Shown piece by piece: positions 45,413-54,720 of a stretch of DNA of 55,777 nt. Numbering within the stretch: the stretch's first letter is position 1; every line of letters begins with the position of its first letter. The DNA lies in IMG/VR virus record IMGVR_UViG_3300018080_000215, positions 1-55,777 of that record, one strand, 5' to 3'. Under the pieces are notes generated by a model. That model saw only the letters and a list, made by a program, of their open reading frames with translations. It ran no database searches and was not told the origin of the DNA. This DNA comes from a virus. Taxonomy: Duplodnaviria; Caudoviricetes. The translations under genes and the position numbers were made by a program.

Positions 45413-46993
45413 TCAGTTGTTTCTGTTTCTGATCTCCCGCTGGATGGCGGCTCGCAAGGGTTCTTTGATCCCGCGCGCCTTGAGTAGCCAGTGCAGCAAA
45501 CCCGTATCCACCTCTCTGATTAAGCGGCCTCGCTCCTTGCCGAACGGAACTCTCCAGCCTCGCTGGCTTGGGCGGCTCTCGGCCCGCAGGAAGGCCGGTC
45601 GCTCGTAGTTGCCGAACTCGACCCCTGCCAGCCAAGCGGCCCTCTGACGCTCTGTGAGAGCCTCCTGGGCAGCCCTCTGTCTGGCCTCCTGTGCGGCCTC
45701 CTCTGCCATGAGTTCCCGCTCGACGGCAAGCAGGCGATCCAAGTCTGTTGGCGACATTGGGGTGTCCGGCTTGCGCTTGCCCTTGGCTCTCTTGAGAAGG
45801 TCGATTTCTTCCTTGCCTCTGAGTGCGTCCACTGAGGTGATGAGGTCGTTGTGTCTAGATGCGTCCACCAGATCGAAGATTTCAAAGAACGGCTTCTGGG
45901 ATGCTGCGATAGCGGCTCGACGCTCCTCGGGGGTCGCCAGCCCGACCAGCATGGAGGCGGGCCAGGGTCGAGTTCCGCGTCCAACCATCTGCTGATAGAG
46001 CGACCTACTCTTCGTCGGCTTGCAGCAAAATAGTTTTTTGACCATCGGGCAATTCCAACCGGTGGTCAGGCAGCCGACATTGAGGATGACATTCAGTTCG
46101 CCAGCCTCAAACATTCCTAGATGCCTGAATCTCTCGTCGCGATCCATCCTGCTGTGGACGATTGCCGCCTCTAGCCCGCCGCGAGCGAGAACAGTCCGCA
46201 CCCTCTCTGCCTGGAATACCCCTTGGCAATAGACAACGCTCGGCTCTCCCTCATGGTGTTGAAGGACAAGGTTGGCTACGGTCTGGACGAGACTGTCGCG
46301 AGACATCTCCTTGGCTAGACGCTCGGCAGAGTAATCGCCGAAGCCAGAGTCGAACCGGCTAAGGTCTAGGTCGCTGGCAACAGACAGCCAGATGCGGGGC
46401 GGTACGAGCCAGCCATCCTCGATGGCCTGCTGCAACTCATAGAAGTACGCGCAGTCGCCGTAGAACTCTGTAAGCGGATCGCCTTTGAGCCGGTCTGGCG
46501 ATGCAGTCAAGCCGATGATTTTGGAGCCGCACTCTCGGAAGACCGAGAGTATGTCCATCGCTCTCTTGCTGTAGTTGAGATGTGACTCATCTACCAGCAC
46601 AACAGAGACGTTGTGCGTATACGCTTGGTATCGCTCTCGCGATATGAGGGACTTATAACTGGCGACAGTGATCCGCTGATCGCTGATCTGCCTGCCCTGC
46701 TCGATGCCACAGGGTAGCCCCCTCGACCGTAGTCGCTCGGCAGTCTGAGCAACCAGAGGGTCAAGGGGGCTAACCACCAGCCCCCGCGACTCGCCAGTAG
46801 CGAGGGCTTGCAGTAACATCACTATTATCTCGGTCTTGCCAGTGCCACATGGCAATACCAACAAGCCCCCCGACTTTGTCTCCAGGTGCTTGAGGCACTT
46901 GTCAACTGCGGCGATCTGGTAATCCCGCCAACGCACTGACCCCTGGGGTGCAGGAATCGCATGGGTTGGGAATAGTGATAGATTCTGCGGCAT
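45413..46993 (-). CDS. SF2 (DExH) helicase with C-terminal PFGK..G motif
   Basis: RDYQ, PCGTGKT, DESH, GLTASP.R, LTTGWN.P, QMVGRGTR. Confidence 0.92.
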   Translation of the reverse strand: MPQNLSLFPTHAIPAPQGSVRWRDYQIAAVDKCLKHLETKSGGLLVLPCGTGKTEIIVMLLQALATGESRGLVVSPLDPLVAQTAERLRSRGLPCGIEQGRQISDQRITVASYKSLISRERYQAYTHNVSVVLVDESHLNYSKRAMDILSVFRECGSKIIGLTASPDRLKGDPLTEFYGDCAYFYELQQAIEDGWLVPPRIWLSVASDLDLSRFDSGFGDYSAERLAKEMSRDSLVQTVANLVLQHHEGEPSVVYCQGVFQAERVRTVLARGGLEAAIVHSRMDRDERFRHLGMFEAGELNVILNVGCLTTGWNCPMVKKLFCCKPTKSRSLYQQMVGRGTRPWPASMLVGLATPEERRAAIAASQKPFFEIFDLVDASRHNDLITSVDALRGKEEIDLLKRAKGKRKPDTPMSPTDLDRLLAVERELMAEEAAQEARQRAAQEALTERQRAAWLAGVEFGNYERPAFLRAESRPSQRGWRVPFGKERGRLIREVDTGLLHWLLKARGIKEPLRAAIQREIRNRNN

Positions 46994-47028
46994 CCCTGTC
47001 GGACTCCCTTCCTGCGGGCATCCCTGCC

Positions 47029-47313
47029 CTACTCAATCCCTGCTACCCTCCGTATCGCTCTCGCTCCGACCCAGCGACGTTTAGCCTGCTCCTCCGTCCA
47101 TCGACTCTGTAGCGACTTCGCTATCCGGCGAATCTCCGCTGGACTTGGCGCGCTTGGCTCGCTTACGCCGAGTCCGCTTTGCTGGAACAGGCTCACTAGC
47201 CGCTGTTGGGTCATCCCGTTTCTCCTCGCTACCGCTGCCACTCCCTCCGTCCTCGACTGCTGGTACATCGTCTCCAGTGTTACTTTCGCTCCTGTCATCA
47301 CTGCTGATGGCAT
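47029..47313 (-). CDS. Small HTH-like protein
   Basis: GVAAVARRNGMT helix-turn-helix-like; PS.AEI.......Q.RW. Confidence 0.5.
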   Translation of the reverse strand: MPSAVMTGAKVTLETMYQQSRTEGVAAVARRNGMTQQRLVSLFQQSGLGVSEPSAPSPAEIRRIAKSLQSRWTEEQAKRRWVGARAIRRVAGIE

Positions 47314-47557
47314 CTGACAATCCCCCTTTCATTAAGAACTCATCTACCCTGTCTGCGAACATCGCCCGCAGAGTGTCCAATTCCGAGAACAGCGAGAGAA
47401 CGTCACCCCGAAGGGAGACAAAGGCGAGTTGAACCCGCCAATACTGTTCTTCGTCGTAACGCACCAATTCCTCGTTACTGTCAACGAGATTCCGCGCTGC
47501 CTCGGCGGCAGTCAGTAACCTCTCCTTGATCTCCAGAAGTTGTGATCCGCTAATCAT
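47081..47557 (-). CDS. Hypothetical protein
   Basis: AGGAG RBS, ATGA coupling; disordered tail overlaps the next gene. Confidence 0.6.
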   Translation of the reverse strand: MISGSQLLEIKERLLTAAEAARNLVDSNEELVRYDEEQYWRVQLAFVSLRGDVLSLFSELDTLRAMFADRVDEFLMKGGLSDAISSDDRSESNTGDDVPAVEDGGSGSGSEEKRDDPTAASEPVPAKRTRRKRAKRAKSSGDSPDSEVATESMDGGAG

Positions 47558-48195
47558 TTCTGCTCCTTCCTGCTAAGGGCTTGCTTGCGGAAACCTGCCC
47601 GCTTGCGTATCTCGTTCATCTCTGCTGCACTGATCTCCTCACTGGCGAGACGCTCTTCAGCCCGCGACAGCAGCGCATCTATGTCTTCGACGGTTGATGC
47701 TGCTGCGAGTTTTTTCGCGGCTAGGTCGAGGAGTCGCGTCTTGGAATCCTGGGCGGCAGCGTCGGCGGCAGACTCGCCGTCATCGTCATCCTCTGACGAA
47801 AGGCCCAGCATCGAGGCGTAGGCCATGCGCCTCATATATGTGCAGTAGGCAGAGGTGTGCTGTGGGTTCTGCGAAACCTTGATAGGCACCTGACTGCTGA
47901 CGTATTGGCCCGTTTTGTGTAGCAGCGTTGTGTTGAGGATCAGATCGTCGCCCGCCGGGTGGAACGTCTGGAGGACTGCTAGACCGTTCTCGGCGAGTGG
48001 CCCCCGAGCCGCCCGCCGCAAGGCACTGAGGTCGGCGTATTCGCCGTACTGGCCTTTCCGGTTTTTCTTCGGTTCGTCCATTAGCCCCATCGCAAGAACG
48101 AGGCTCTCCGACAACTCCTTCAGGTCTTTGCTGCGTTCGACATAGACAAACACCCCATCCGACACATGGCTCTCAAGAGTCCTAATCGCTGGCAT
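47554..48195 (-). CDS. erf: ERF-family single-strand annealing protein
   Basis: YADL......PL..NGL...Q, LLH.TG, TY.RR......GL..EDDDG. Confidence 0.9.
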   Translation of the reverse strand: MPAIRTLESHVSDGVFVYVERSKDLKELSESLVLAMGLMDEPKKNRKGQYGEYADLSALRRAARGPLAENGLAVLQTFHPAGDDLILNTTLLHKTGQYVSSQVPIKVSQNPQHTSAYCTYMRRMAYASMLGLSSEDDDDGESAADAAAQDSKTRLLDLAAKKLAAASTVEDIDALLSRAEERLASEEISAAEMNEIRKRAGFRKQALSRKEQK

Positions 48196-48209
48196 CTCAG
48201 CCCCCCTTT

Positions 48210-49100
48210 TCAATAACGGCTCGGATACATTTCCAACTCAGTCATCTGCCCGTAGTCTTCGGGCAGCCAGTGATCCCATTCAGTCCGGTCGCGCATCTCG
48301 TCGAGATACCGCAAGACCCTGTCCCTGGCTCGGCGCACAACGGCTGCCGGAAGAGTCACCACATGGCAGTGGTGGGGAAACAGGGTGCTGATGACAACGA
48401 AGACCAACCGGTGATCCGGCCAGCCTGCGGCTACAGCAGCGTCCTCATAGACTGCGGACTGAAGGTCGTAGCCCCACTGCTGAACGCTTGAGCGAAATTG
48501 CTTTAGCGGGTAGAGATCGCGAGTGGTCTTGAGGTCGTACCAGAACTCCTCTGTCGCCCCATCGCAGCGGCAACGCATTTGGTGACCGTTCAGCGTCCAA
48601 CGGATGTTGAACTCGGCGTCGATGCGCTTCTCGAATATCTCTGCTGCGGCAGCGTTGCGAAGGATGCCCTGCCATTGGGCCTCAACCTGCTCTAACTCGG
48701 CGGGCGTTACGCCAACCCTGTCGGGCGGCAAGCCATCGAGCCACTCCTGCCCCTTCTTGCTCAACGCTCCAGTGGCGGTGATCGCAGACTCGGGGGCCAT
48801 CTCCAGCGAGTCATGCCACTGCTCGTCGCCTAACTCATGGCGAAGATGGAGAAGTGTCCCAGCGCGGAGGGCCGGGGAATTTTTCGGCGGGGCAGTTCCC
48901 GCGATATGCCGCAGGTAGTAGCCCAGCGGCGAATTCGCAAATTCTTTGAGTTGGGAACAGGAGATGCCAGCCGAGCGGTGGTACTCCTCGGCTGGCTGCC
49001 TATCTATGGTGACTAGCGGCGACCGGACTTGAACCGGTGACACCCGGCTTATGAATTCGGTGCCACCAGCACCACCCTCAAAAACTGAGGGAGCATCCAT
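48210..49100 (-). CDS. RecE/exonuclease VIII-like PD-(D/E)xK nuclease (DUF3799-like)
   Basis: YH...ISCSQLK, GT..H, RCRCD....DLKTT, GY..Q.A.Y; start ATG 49100 or 49181, or GTG inside the tRNA-like segment. Confidence 0.88.
   Translation of the reverse strand: MDAPSVFEGGAGGTEFISRVSPVQVRSPLVTIDRQPAEEYHRSAGISCSQLKEFANSPLGYYLRHIAGTAPPKNSPALRAGTLLHLRHELGDEQWHDSLEMAPESAITATGALSKKGQEWLDGLPPDRVGVTPAELEQVEAQWQGILRNAAAAEIFEKRIDAEFNIRWTLNGHQMRCRCDGATEEFWYDLKTTRDLYPLKQFRSSVQQWGYDLQSAVYEDAAVAAGWPDHRLVFVVISTLFPHHCHVVTLPAAVVRRARDRVLRYLDEMRDRTEWDHWLPEDYGQMTELEMYPSRY
49014..49063 (-). other. tRNA(CAT) 3'-half fragment, putative attP core
   Basis: TTCATAA loop-GCCGG-GTGTC-ACCGG TTCAAGT CCGGT-CGCCGCT-A; no D-arm or 5' acceptor strand; adjacent to the integrase. 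Confidence 0.8.
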
Positions 49101-49131
49101 CCCCTGGAGAGGGCACCCCCGGGAGGGCGAT

Positions 49132-50010
49132 ATGTCCCTTACACTTTCGTCAGTATCAAAAGGCTTGCCTTCATCGCCCATGACTCTAGCGTCCCTGGTT
49201 GCTGAGTATGTCGAGCAGAGGGGGGCTGGTGACCGCTACAAAGAATCCCTGCGGCGCACCGTTCGGAAACTGACAGGGTATGGAATGATCCGCGTCTGTC
49301 AACTCCGGTCGAGTGCGGTCAATGATTTTCTTTCCAGCCTCGCCCTGTCGGCCACTACCCGAGCGAACATTCGCCGCGAAATCCTGACCCTCTGGCGATA
49401 CGCATTTGAACAAGCGTACACTGACGAGGCACCGATTCGCGTCAGGCGTATCCGAGTTTGCCGAGAGCCACCGCAGTGCTGGAGCCTAGACACAATTCGC
49501 AGGATGCTGTGTCTGGCAGAACGCGATGAGTCGCCAGTTGTCAGACGAGTCCCAGGTCTACAGTGGCGAGATGTGATGCCCTGCTGGATCGCAATTGGCT
49601 ATGACACTGCACTCCGGTTTTCTGATCTGCTGCATCTCCACCAGCGAAACTACAACAATGGGGCAATCCGCGTAGTCGCCAGGAAGACGGGCAAGCCGAC
49701 CGTTCGCAAACTAAGCCAATACGCTATCTCGGTTACGGACAGCCTGTTGTCGAAAAGCACAACAGGGGAGTTGTTCTTGTGGTGCGTCACCCGCAGAAGA
49801 ATGCTGCTGAAGTGGAAGAATTTCCTAACCCAACATGGGATACCGGGATCGAGCCGGTGGTTGCGTCGGTCAGCAGCCACTTATGTCGAGCGAATCTCAC
49901 CGGGCGCAGCCCCCCGATTCCTGTCGCACAGCAATCCTGACTTAGCCAAGTTTCACTATATTGATGAAACTCTTCTGGCTCCGGTAGCGCAGCCGCCAGC
50001 ATTACGCTAA
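49132..50010 (+). CDS. int: Tyrosine recombinase/integrase
   Basis: TALRFSDL (R), RKTG (K), WLRRSAAT (R), LSH (H), HY (Y); GGAGG RBS before ATG 49132 (alternative start 49180); no obvious arm-binding domain. Confidence 0.88.
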   Translation: MSLTLSSVSKGLPSSPMTLASLVAEYVEQRGAGDRYKESLRRTVRKLTGYGMIRVCQLRSSAVNDFLSSLALSATTRANIRREILTLWRYAFEQAYTDEAPIRVRRIRVCREPPQCWSLDTIRRMLCLAERDESPVVRRVPGLQWRDVMPCWIAIGYDTALRFSDLLHLHQRNYNNGAIRVVARKTGKPTVRKLSQYAISVTDSLLSKSTTGELFLWCVTRRRMLLKWKNFLTQHGIPGSSRWLRRSAATYVERISPGAAPRFLSHSNPDLAKFHYIDETLLAPVAQPPALR

Positions 50011-50011
50011 A

Positions 50012-50299
50012 TCACCAACTGTAGTTGCAAGACCAATAGCCCGGCTTGGTCTTGTCCTTCTTCTCCGAACAGTTGTGTCGAGATTTGAAGTTGGCTCGTC
50101 TGCCAGCATCACCATGCCCCTTTCCCTTGCTGGAGCCTTCCTTGAAGTGGCCCATGCTGGCATCGCCGAACCTGACCAGTTTCTCGACGTTGTTGACGCA
50201 GGCTTTGACCACAAATTTCTTGCCGCCAGAAGTCTGTTTCTTTGGCTGGTTGCATTTCAGGGAGTCTTTGAGCGACTTGACGCTATTTCTTTTTGTCAC
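50012..50299 (-). CDS. Conserved small basic phage protein
   Basis: KKFVV.......KLVRFG...M....RR.NF.SRH.C....K..PGYWSC. Confidence 0.75.
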   Translation of the reverse strand: MTKRNSVKSLKDSLKCNQPKKQTSGGKKFVVKACVNNVEKLVRFGDASMGHFKEGSSKGKGHGDAGRRANFKSRHNCSEKKDKTKPGYWSCNYSW

Positions 50300-50447
50300 T
50301 TCGGCTATCCCTCAATGCCTTTTCGGTAGGTGCCCCCGGCGAACCGGGCTTTCGCATCCTCTCTCCGCTGCCAGCGGCGATTCGCTTCCGCTTGGCATGG
50401 ATGTTTGCCCAAAGACCCTTCAGTTTCTTGACATTGTTCTTTGCCAT
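50283..50447 (-). CDS. Small basic phage protein, 54 aa, below the ORF-track cutoff
   Basis: MAKNNVKKLKGLWANIHAKRKRIAAGSGERMRKPGSPGAPT...; TAATG coupling. Confidence 0.75.
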   Translation of the reverse strand: MAKNNVKKLKGLWANIHAKRKRIAAGSGERMRKPGSPGAPTEKALRDSRSDKKK

Positions 50448-53400
50448 TATCGGCTCCCGGCATACTTGCGCTCGTAAAACTCTCTCAACTGCCTACTCAA
50501 GTCGCGGCCCAGTGCGTCGAGCCGCTGGGTTTCGATTGGCAGCGTAGGCAGAAGTTCCTTCGGAATGTTGCTAATAGTGAAATCCTGGGCATACGGAGCA
50601 TTCTGCTGCCGGATTTTCTCTAAGGCATCGAGAGCCTCATATTCCGCATCGACGTTCTGAATCTTTACCCCTGTGAACGTATTGGTCAGTGCCTTCAGCA
50701 GACGGTAATTGACATCTGGGATTGACGGGTCAACGAGGTTCGCGGCAAGACTCGCCCCGCGACTACCCATTGGCACAACAGACGCAGCATTGGAGATGAC
50801 TGACCGCAGTAGCGGGTTGATTCGGGCATACCTGTTTCCAGTAGCCGCCCTATAAATTTTGTCGTAGGGGGTGACTGCCTGTTCCAACGGTCGCTTGCTG
50901 AAGAAGTCTCGCCCAGTTGCGAGTTCTGCCACTGAGCGAATGAGGGGATTAGCCTGCTGAAATACCTCGCCAATGGTTTCTTGGCCTGTCCGCAAGGCAG
51001 ACCCGAGCATATCTGGGGCATATCCCAGTTTGATTAGATTGAGAGTATCAATTCCGGGAAGGTCAATGTCGGTGAGGTACGTTTGGAGTTGATCCTGCCA
51101 CCCCGGCATACGGACAGCGAACCGCTGTCGCAACGCTGTCGGGATATACGTTTCGTCAGTAGTGGCCTGGGCATCGTTGATTGCCCGAATGGTCTGGGCG
51201 TATCTACCGCCAGGATTTCGCAACAGCGACTCGACTGCATACTTACCAATCCTGCTGGTGTAGGCCCACCAGGGAAACAGCGTTCTCCGCATAAAATTTC
51301 GCTCGAACTTTGTCAGAGAGCCGTAGTCCACCAGGGCACTCTTCATGCGACGGGATGCCTCGTCAATCGAAACACCCTTGCGTAGCAGTGCTAAGAACCC
51401 GCCGACTCGGCCCATCGAGTCGATGCTGTCGCCGAGCATATTGCTGGCGTTGTAGAGGGCATTGCGAGTTTCGTATGTGTTGTTGACCCCCCGAACAGTG
51501 GCGAAGTCGCTGAGTTGTTGCGACAAATTGCGGCTGCCGTCAGGCACTAACTGCTTCAGTGCCCGCGAAATGGAGATTGGCGTTGACCCGGGAACGAACT
51601 GACTGATGTCGCCCCTGCGGTTAGCGGACAACAGGTCGCTGGTGGCAAGCCCCTGGAGTGTGCCGGTCGAGCCGATGTCGTTTTGGACTTGGGCGATTAG
51701 GTTTTTTCCTTTAAGCCCAAGAGCCTTGTAACGAGGGATAGATTCTAGGTAATCGGCAATCTCATCCCATTTCCCGTTGATGAGTTTCGATCCTGCCCGA
51801 ACCCCCCGCAGTGTTTCCGCTACATCTCCTGTCTCTAGCCAGACAGAGAACAAGTTGCTATAGGCGTCTCTCGCGAAGCGACTCGGCCATGTCAGGACAC
51901 TGCTCTTAAATAGAGTGGTGAACTTGTCGAACAGGCTGGCGACCTCTTTCTGAGCGTCGGGAGTGTTGTAGAAGGCATCCATCCGCAGGATGCGGTTAAC
52001 CATCTCGCGGGGGACAGAAATGCTCTTGAGCCGTATTCTTCGCGCCTGAGTGCCGGGTGCAAACTGGGCAGCCGCGAGTCGATCCCTAATGTACTGGCTG
52101 GCCTTGCGGCTATTAGGGTCAATCCCGATGGCATCTCCAATTTGTTTCAACGCATCAGATAGCCGTAGGTATTTCCCGCCTGGGATATTCTCCCGACGAG
52201 CGATCACTGCGGAATCTACCAGTGCCTCAAATGCACTTTCCGCATTGTTCCTGCGAACCTCTTCGTTGATGATGTAAGACATCTGTTCAACGATGGGATG
52301 CGTCCCAAACACCGGGATATTGTCGGGAATGTCTTTACCAAGTGCCCGATAGATTTTTGCTATCTCGGTGCCCTGCCGCTCGGTAACGAGCGGGTTGCCA
52401 ATGAGTTGGGCTATGTATGCCCCAATCTCTGCTTCTGTCTCCTGTGATGCCCCTTTCATGAAAGCGCGGACGCGAGGGTCGAGACTGATTTGCTGAAGTT
52501 GGTATGTGCCGCCCGGAACAAACAGGTCTGGGTTACGGGCAATCTGGTTAGCGATCTTGGCCGAGTACGATGCGGCGTAGCCAGGGGCGTTGACCGCCCC
52601 GTCCGTAAAGTCCAGTTCTGGCGTCGATCTTGGGCTGAAGTAGGTGCCGAATGGGTCGCGTAACTCATTGGCTTTCAGTCCAAGGGCTTTGGCCTCGGCC
52701 AGTTTTGAGTCAGCGATCTGCCGCCAGCCGACGATCCAATCGTCGAGTTCTGGCATATCCCGCAATAGATCGAGGTCAGTACCAATAGGCTTTCCTTCGA
52801 TCAGTCGCAGGAGCGTATCTGCCCCCTCGGGACTGAAGAAACTGGTGATTCCAGTTTTCTGGGTGACCGACGCGGGAATGGCGATTTGTTGCAGTCGAGT
52901 AGCATGGGCAGTCGCCTCTGACCGGCCAGCCCGCAAAGCCTGTTCCTGGCCTTGATACCGACGCATAGCCATGATTTGGTCGCCCACCTTGGTGGTGTCG
53001 CCAACCGCTTTGGAGAAGAACGACGAGGCCAAACGCGACGGGTAACTCCATCGAATGCCAGCCCCTAGCCTGTCGAGGGCATCGGCAGCACCCTCGGCAA
53101 ACCCCAGTTTGCTCAAGTCATCTGTGCGGCCAGCATTCAGAGCGGCGTTGATGACAGACGATTCGCCGCTAAACGGATTCCAAATTCCCGCTACGCCACC
53201 TAGCCGCTGATTGCGGACTTCTGCGTAGGGTGTGTTGCCTAGAGCATTTTGAACGTCTTTGAATGCCTGGAGCGGGTCAGGGGCAGCCTTAACGACTTCG
53301 TCCAACGTCGTTGTCATCTGGGCAAGACGCTGTCCCACTAATGGTCTGGTCTGCAAGACAGACGTAGTCGGCTTGAGTCCAGCCTTGCCGATCTCCCGCA

Positions 53401-53848
53401 GTGTGTATTTTCCTGTGCGGGTAGCGTCCGAGCCTTTCTTCAGTGTTGCGATGAAAGGGGCGTATTTAGTTAGGCCAGCCTTGGCGGCGGCACTACCGGC
53501 CTTGGAGTAGGCCGATAATGGCAGCATGGTGAATGCCAGTGGATCGAGGGCCACTTCGGCAGCGAAGCCCGCTGGCGTTGACAGGTAAGGGTTGTCTGGT
53601 TTTAGGCCATACGCATCCAGCAACTCCTCTCCCGTAACGCGGCTGTCCCGGTCAAAAGAGAACCCACTGAGGGGGTCACCGGCCAGGATGCCGCGAGTGA
53701 TCGCACCGGGGGTATCTAGCAGTAACCCCAGTGCCTCAATCGCCTGACCGCTGCGTTGCCCCAGCATCGCCATGTAGGAAGATTTCTCTTCCGGCGTAAC
53801 GTACTGAGTCCGCTGCTGGTTATTGCCGCGATTGGCATAGATGCCCAC
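50447..53848 (-). CDS. Large internal (ejected) virion protein, 1133 aa
   Basis: Ala-rich helical; LDTPGA..RG, AEVALDPL, DYG.LT.FER..MR...FP.W, NPL....ELATG.D.F patterns of podoviral ejection proteins. Confidence 0.7.
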   Translation of the reverse strand: MGIYANRGNNQQRTQYVTPEEKSSYMAMLGQRSGQAIEALGLLLDTPGAITRGILAGDPLSGFSFDRDSRVTGEELLDAYGLKPDNPYLSTPAGFAAEVALDPLAFTMLPLSAYSKAGSAAAKAGLTKYAPFIATLKKGSDATRTGKYTLREIGKAGLKPTTSVLQTRPLVGQRLAQMTTTLDEVVKAAPDPLQAFKDVQNALGNTPYAEVRNQRLGGVAGIWNPFSGESSVINAALNAGRTDDLSKLGFAEGAADALDRLGAGIRWSYPSRLASSFFSKAVGDTTKVGDQIMAMRRYQGQEQALRAGRSEATAHATRLQQIAIPASVTQKTGITSFFSPEGADTLLRLIEGKPIGTDLDLLRDMPELDDWIVGWRQIADSKLAEAKALGLKANELRDPFGTYFSPRSTPELDFTDGAVNAPGYAASYSAKIANQIARNPDLFVPGGTYQLQQISLDPRVRAFMKGASQETEAEIGAYIAQLIGNPLVTERQGTEIAKIYRALGKDIPDNIPVFGTHPIVEQMSYIINEEVRRNNAESAFEALVDSAVIARRENIPGGKYLRLSDALKQIGDAIGIDPNSRKASQYIRDRLAAAQFAPGTQARRIRLKSISVPREMVNRILRMDAFYNTPDAQKEVASLFDKFTTLFKSSVLTWPSRFARDAYSNLFSVWLETGDVAETLRGVRAGSKLINGKWDEIADYLESIPRYKALGLKGKNLIAQVQNDIGSTGTLQGLATSDLLSANRRGDISQFVPGSTPISISRALKQLVPDGSRNLSQQLSDFATVRGVNNTYETRNALYNASNMLGDSIDSMGRVGGFLALLRKGVSIDEASRRMKSALVDYGSLTKFERNFMRRTLFPWWAYTSRIGKYAVESLLRNPGGRYAQTIRAINDAQATTDETYIPTALRQRFAVRMPGWQDQLQTYLTDIDLPGIDTLNLIKLGYAPDMLGSALRTGQETIGEVFQQANPLIRSVAELATGRDFFSKRPLEQAVTPYDKIYRAATGNRYARINPLLRSVISNAASVVPMGSRGASLAANLVDPSIPDVNYRLLKALTNTFTGVKIQNVDAEYEALDALEKIRQQNAPYAQDFTISNIPKELLPTLPIETQRLDALGRDLSRQLREFYERKYAGSR

Positions 53849-54510
53849 TACAAGACCTCATAGCGGCGCGACGGCATGAGGGGCTGGTACACCGCTGGGG
53901 CGATATATTCAGGCGCATCGACGCCCAGCATTGCGTTCTGTGGGACAAGCACTTCGGGCTGCGGGAACCCTGGAGCGGCAATCTGGCTGGGGTCGAACTC
54001 GGCCACTGCCGGTGGGGCAATCTCCATAGGTTCGGCATTTAGTTGCGAAGCAACGCCCATATTCGGATCGTCTAGCAGTCCTGCCGTAATAGGCATCTGC
54101 ATCTCAAACCCCATGTTGATCCGGTTGGGTTCAGGCAGTGGATTAGGATATTCAATGGGTTCGTACTCTGGAGTCCTCCAGAGTTGTTGTGGCGACAGCA
54201 CTGCCGGGGGAGTGCTTTTCGCGTAGGTGTTCCTGGCGGGCTGGGACAGAAGTTGCTGGCGCGAAGGAGTTGACTGCACTGGCTGCGACAAGGGCTGCGA
54301 CAAGAGTTGTTGACGCGACGGGGTGGACTGAATCGGCTGGTACTGGGCAGCAGAAGGCGTTTGGAAATCTGGCGAACTAGACTGCATTCGCGGGGTGGAC
54401 GGCGACATAAGCCCGCTGAACAGGGGCGAAGGCATACTGTCCGGTCGCAGTGAACTGAAGTTGGGGCTAAGTCGATTGTCGAGCGATTTCTTGAAAGCCA
54501 TCGGAGTCAC
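53848..54510 (-). CDS. Pro/Ser/Gln-rich disordered protein with internal repeat
   Basis: QSTPSRQQLLSQP occurs twice; coupled at both ends. Confidence 0.6.
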   Translation of the reverse strand: MTPMAFKKSLDNRLSPNFSSLRPDSMPSPLFSGLMSPSTPRMQSSSPDFQTPSAAQYQPIQSTPSRQQLLSQPLSQPVQSTPSRQQLLSQPARNTYAKSTPPAVLSPQQLWRTPEYEPIEYPNPLPEPNRINMGFEMQMPITAGLLDDPNMGVASQLNAEPMEIAPPAVAEFDPSQIAAPGFPQPEVLVPQNAMLGVDAPEYIAPAVYQPLMPSRRYEVL

Positions 54511-54716
54511 CTTCCAAACATAGCCCTGCCGTAATCGCCGGGTTTGTACTCGGGAATGTCATCTAGCAATTGTTTCCGCAGATTCAGGGATCGCAGATGT
54601 TCGGTGTTTCGCTTTTCCTGCTGACGTTCTCGTTCCCGTTGGAGGTACGCTGTTCGGTCTTGGTTGTACCTTTTGTTGCGAGAATAGATGTTCAGGAATG
54701 TTGGAATAATGCCCAT
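54507..54716 (-). CDS. Small hypothetical protein
   Basis: Coupled ORF. Confidence 0.55.
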   Translation of the reverse strand: MGIIPTFLNIYSRNKRYNQDRTAYLQRERERQQEKRNTEHLRSLNLRKQLLDDIPEYKPGDYGRAMFGR

Positions 54717-54720
54717 CGGG

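Noticed and set aside
46990-47043. ATCCCTG repeated three times around the helicase start
   Set aside because: Short, partly coding and RBS-like; too weak to call.
49014-49098. Complete tRNA-Met/Ile gene
   Set aside because: No D-arm or 5' acceptor strand and the anticodon stem is mismatched; only the 3' half is present.
54236-54340. Internal QSTPSRQQLLSQP repeat as a mobile or regulatory repeat
   Set aside because: Synonymous differences between copies indicate an ordinary protein-level duplication.
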